A stretch of DNA of 64,000 nt from an uncultured Candidatus Saccharibacteria bacterium (lineage in GTDB: Bacteria; Patescibacteriota; Doudnabacteria; UBA920), in the NCBI GenBank assembly GCA_964612745.1, contig CAZTCH010000001.1:6074-70073 (forward strand), in the 5' to 3' direction. Below are positions 63,992 to 64,000 of this stretch, piece by piece. Each line of letters opens with the position of its first letter. Within the stretch, counting starts at the first letter, position 1. The translations under genes were made by a program, and so were the position numbers. The notes beneath the pieces are model-generated. The model ran no database searches. It saw nothing but the letters and a program-made list of their open reading frames with translations, and was not told where the DNA came from.

Positions 63992-64000
63992 ATGTCTGAA
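63992..64000 (+). CDS. rpsI: probable 30S ribosomal protein S9, first 3 codons only (window edge)
   Basis: ATG TCT GAA lies 24 nt after the rplM stop. The call rests on conserved rplM-rpsI synteny only. Confidence 0.35.

Overview
This 64-kb window is a gene-dense chromosomal segment from a bacterium with a Gram-positive-type (monoderm) envelope. The envelope gene set (sortase, Lgt, class A PBP, S8 and S41 peptidases, SLT, DsbA/DsbB, surface-glycan flippase/GT/Wzy cluster) points that way, and a probable T-box leader on aspS fits it. No outer-membrane machinery is visible. My guess is a small-genome, CPR/Saccharibacteria-like organism, but that is inference only. Most ORF-track calls are ordinary housekeeping genes and are listed in the features. 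They include malic enzyme, GH1 glycosidase, truB, a MarR plus heterodimeric ABC exporter operon, scpA/scpB, aspS, a short alaS, pgi, and the infA-rpmJ-rpsM-rpsK-rpsD-rpoA-rplQ-rplM-rpsI ribosomal block at the 3' end. The strongest candidates for something undescribed are not protein-coding. (1) A three-gene tRNA cluster (15376-15646) in which every member is non-canonical: a Trp-like tRNA with C at position 37, a 124-nt tRNA-like gene interrupted by a ~50-nt insertion, and a perfectly folded tRNA whose anticodon reads UUA (ochre-suppressor-like), although TAA is used as a stop here. The cluster is bracketed by ~45-nt inverted hairpin repeats. (2) A tRNA-Glu followed by a ~190-nt GC-rich structured region enclosed by two strong terminators. 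This region carries a split duplicate of the tRNA 3' end, a closing helix between its two ends, and an SRP-RNA-like GAAGGAAGCAG motif. (3) Several dispersed intergenic repeat families: a GATGGGCACCATCTG hairpin/MITE-like family (5 copies), a CCCCTCTTTTCCAAAGAGGGG hairpin family flanking a DUF559 gene, shared AAAAGGGTAACCC terminators, and modular low-complexity AG/CT-rich blocks. (4) At least eight genes where the -10 box sits 6-7 nt from the ATG, which suggests widespread leaderless transcription. (5) A protein fusing a Phd/YefM-like N-terminal domain to a GalE-like SDR that has lost its catalytic Tyr/Lys, a candidate sugar-nucleotide-sensing regulator beside the glycan genes. Manually derived coordinates are approximate (about +/-2 nt). 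ORF-track coordinates are used unchanged except where a better start codon is argued.
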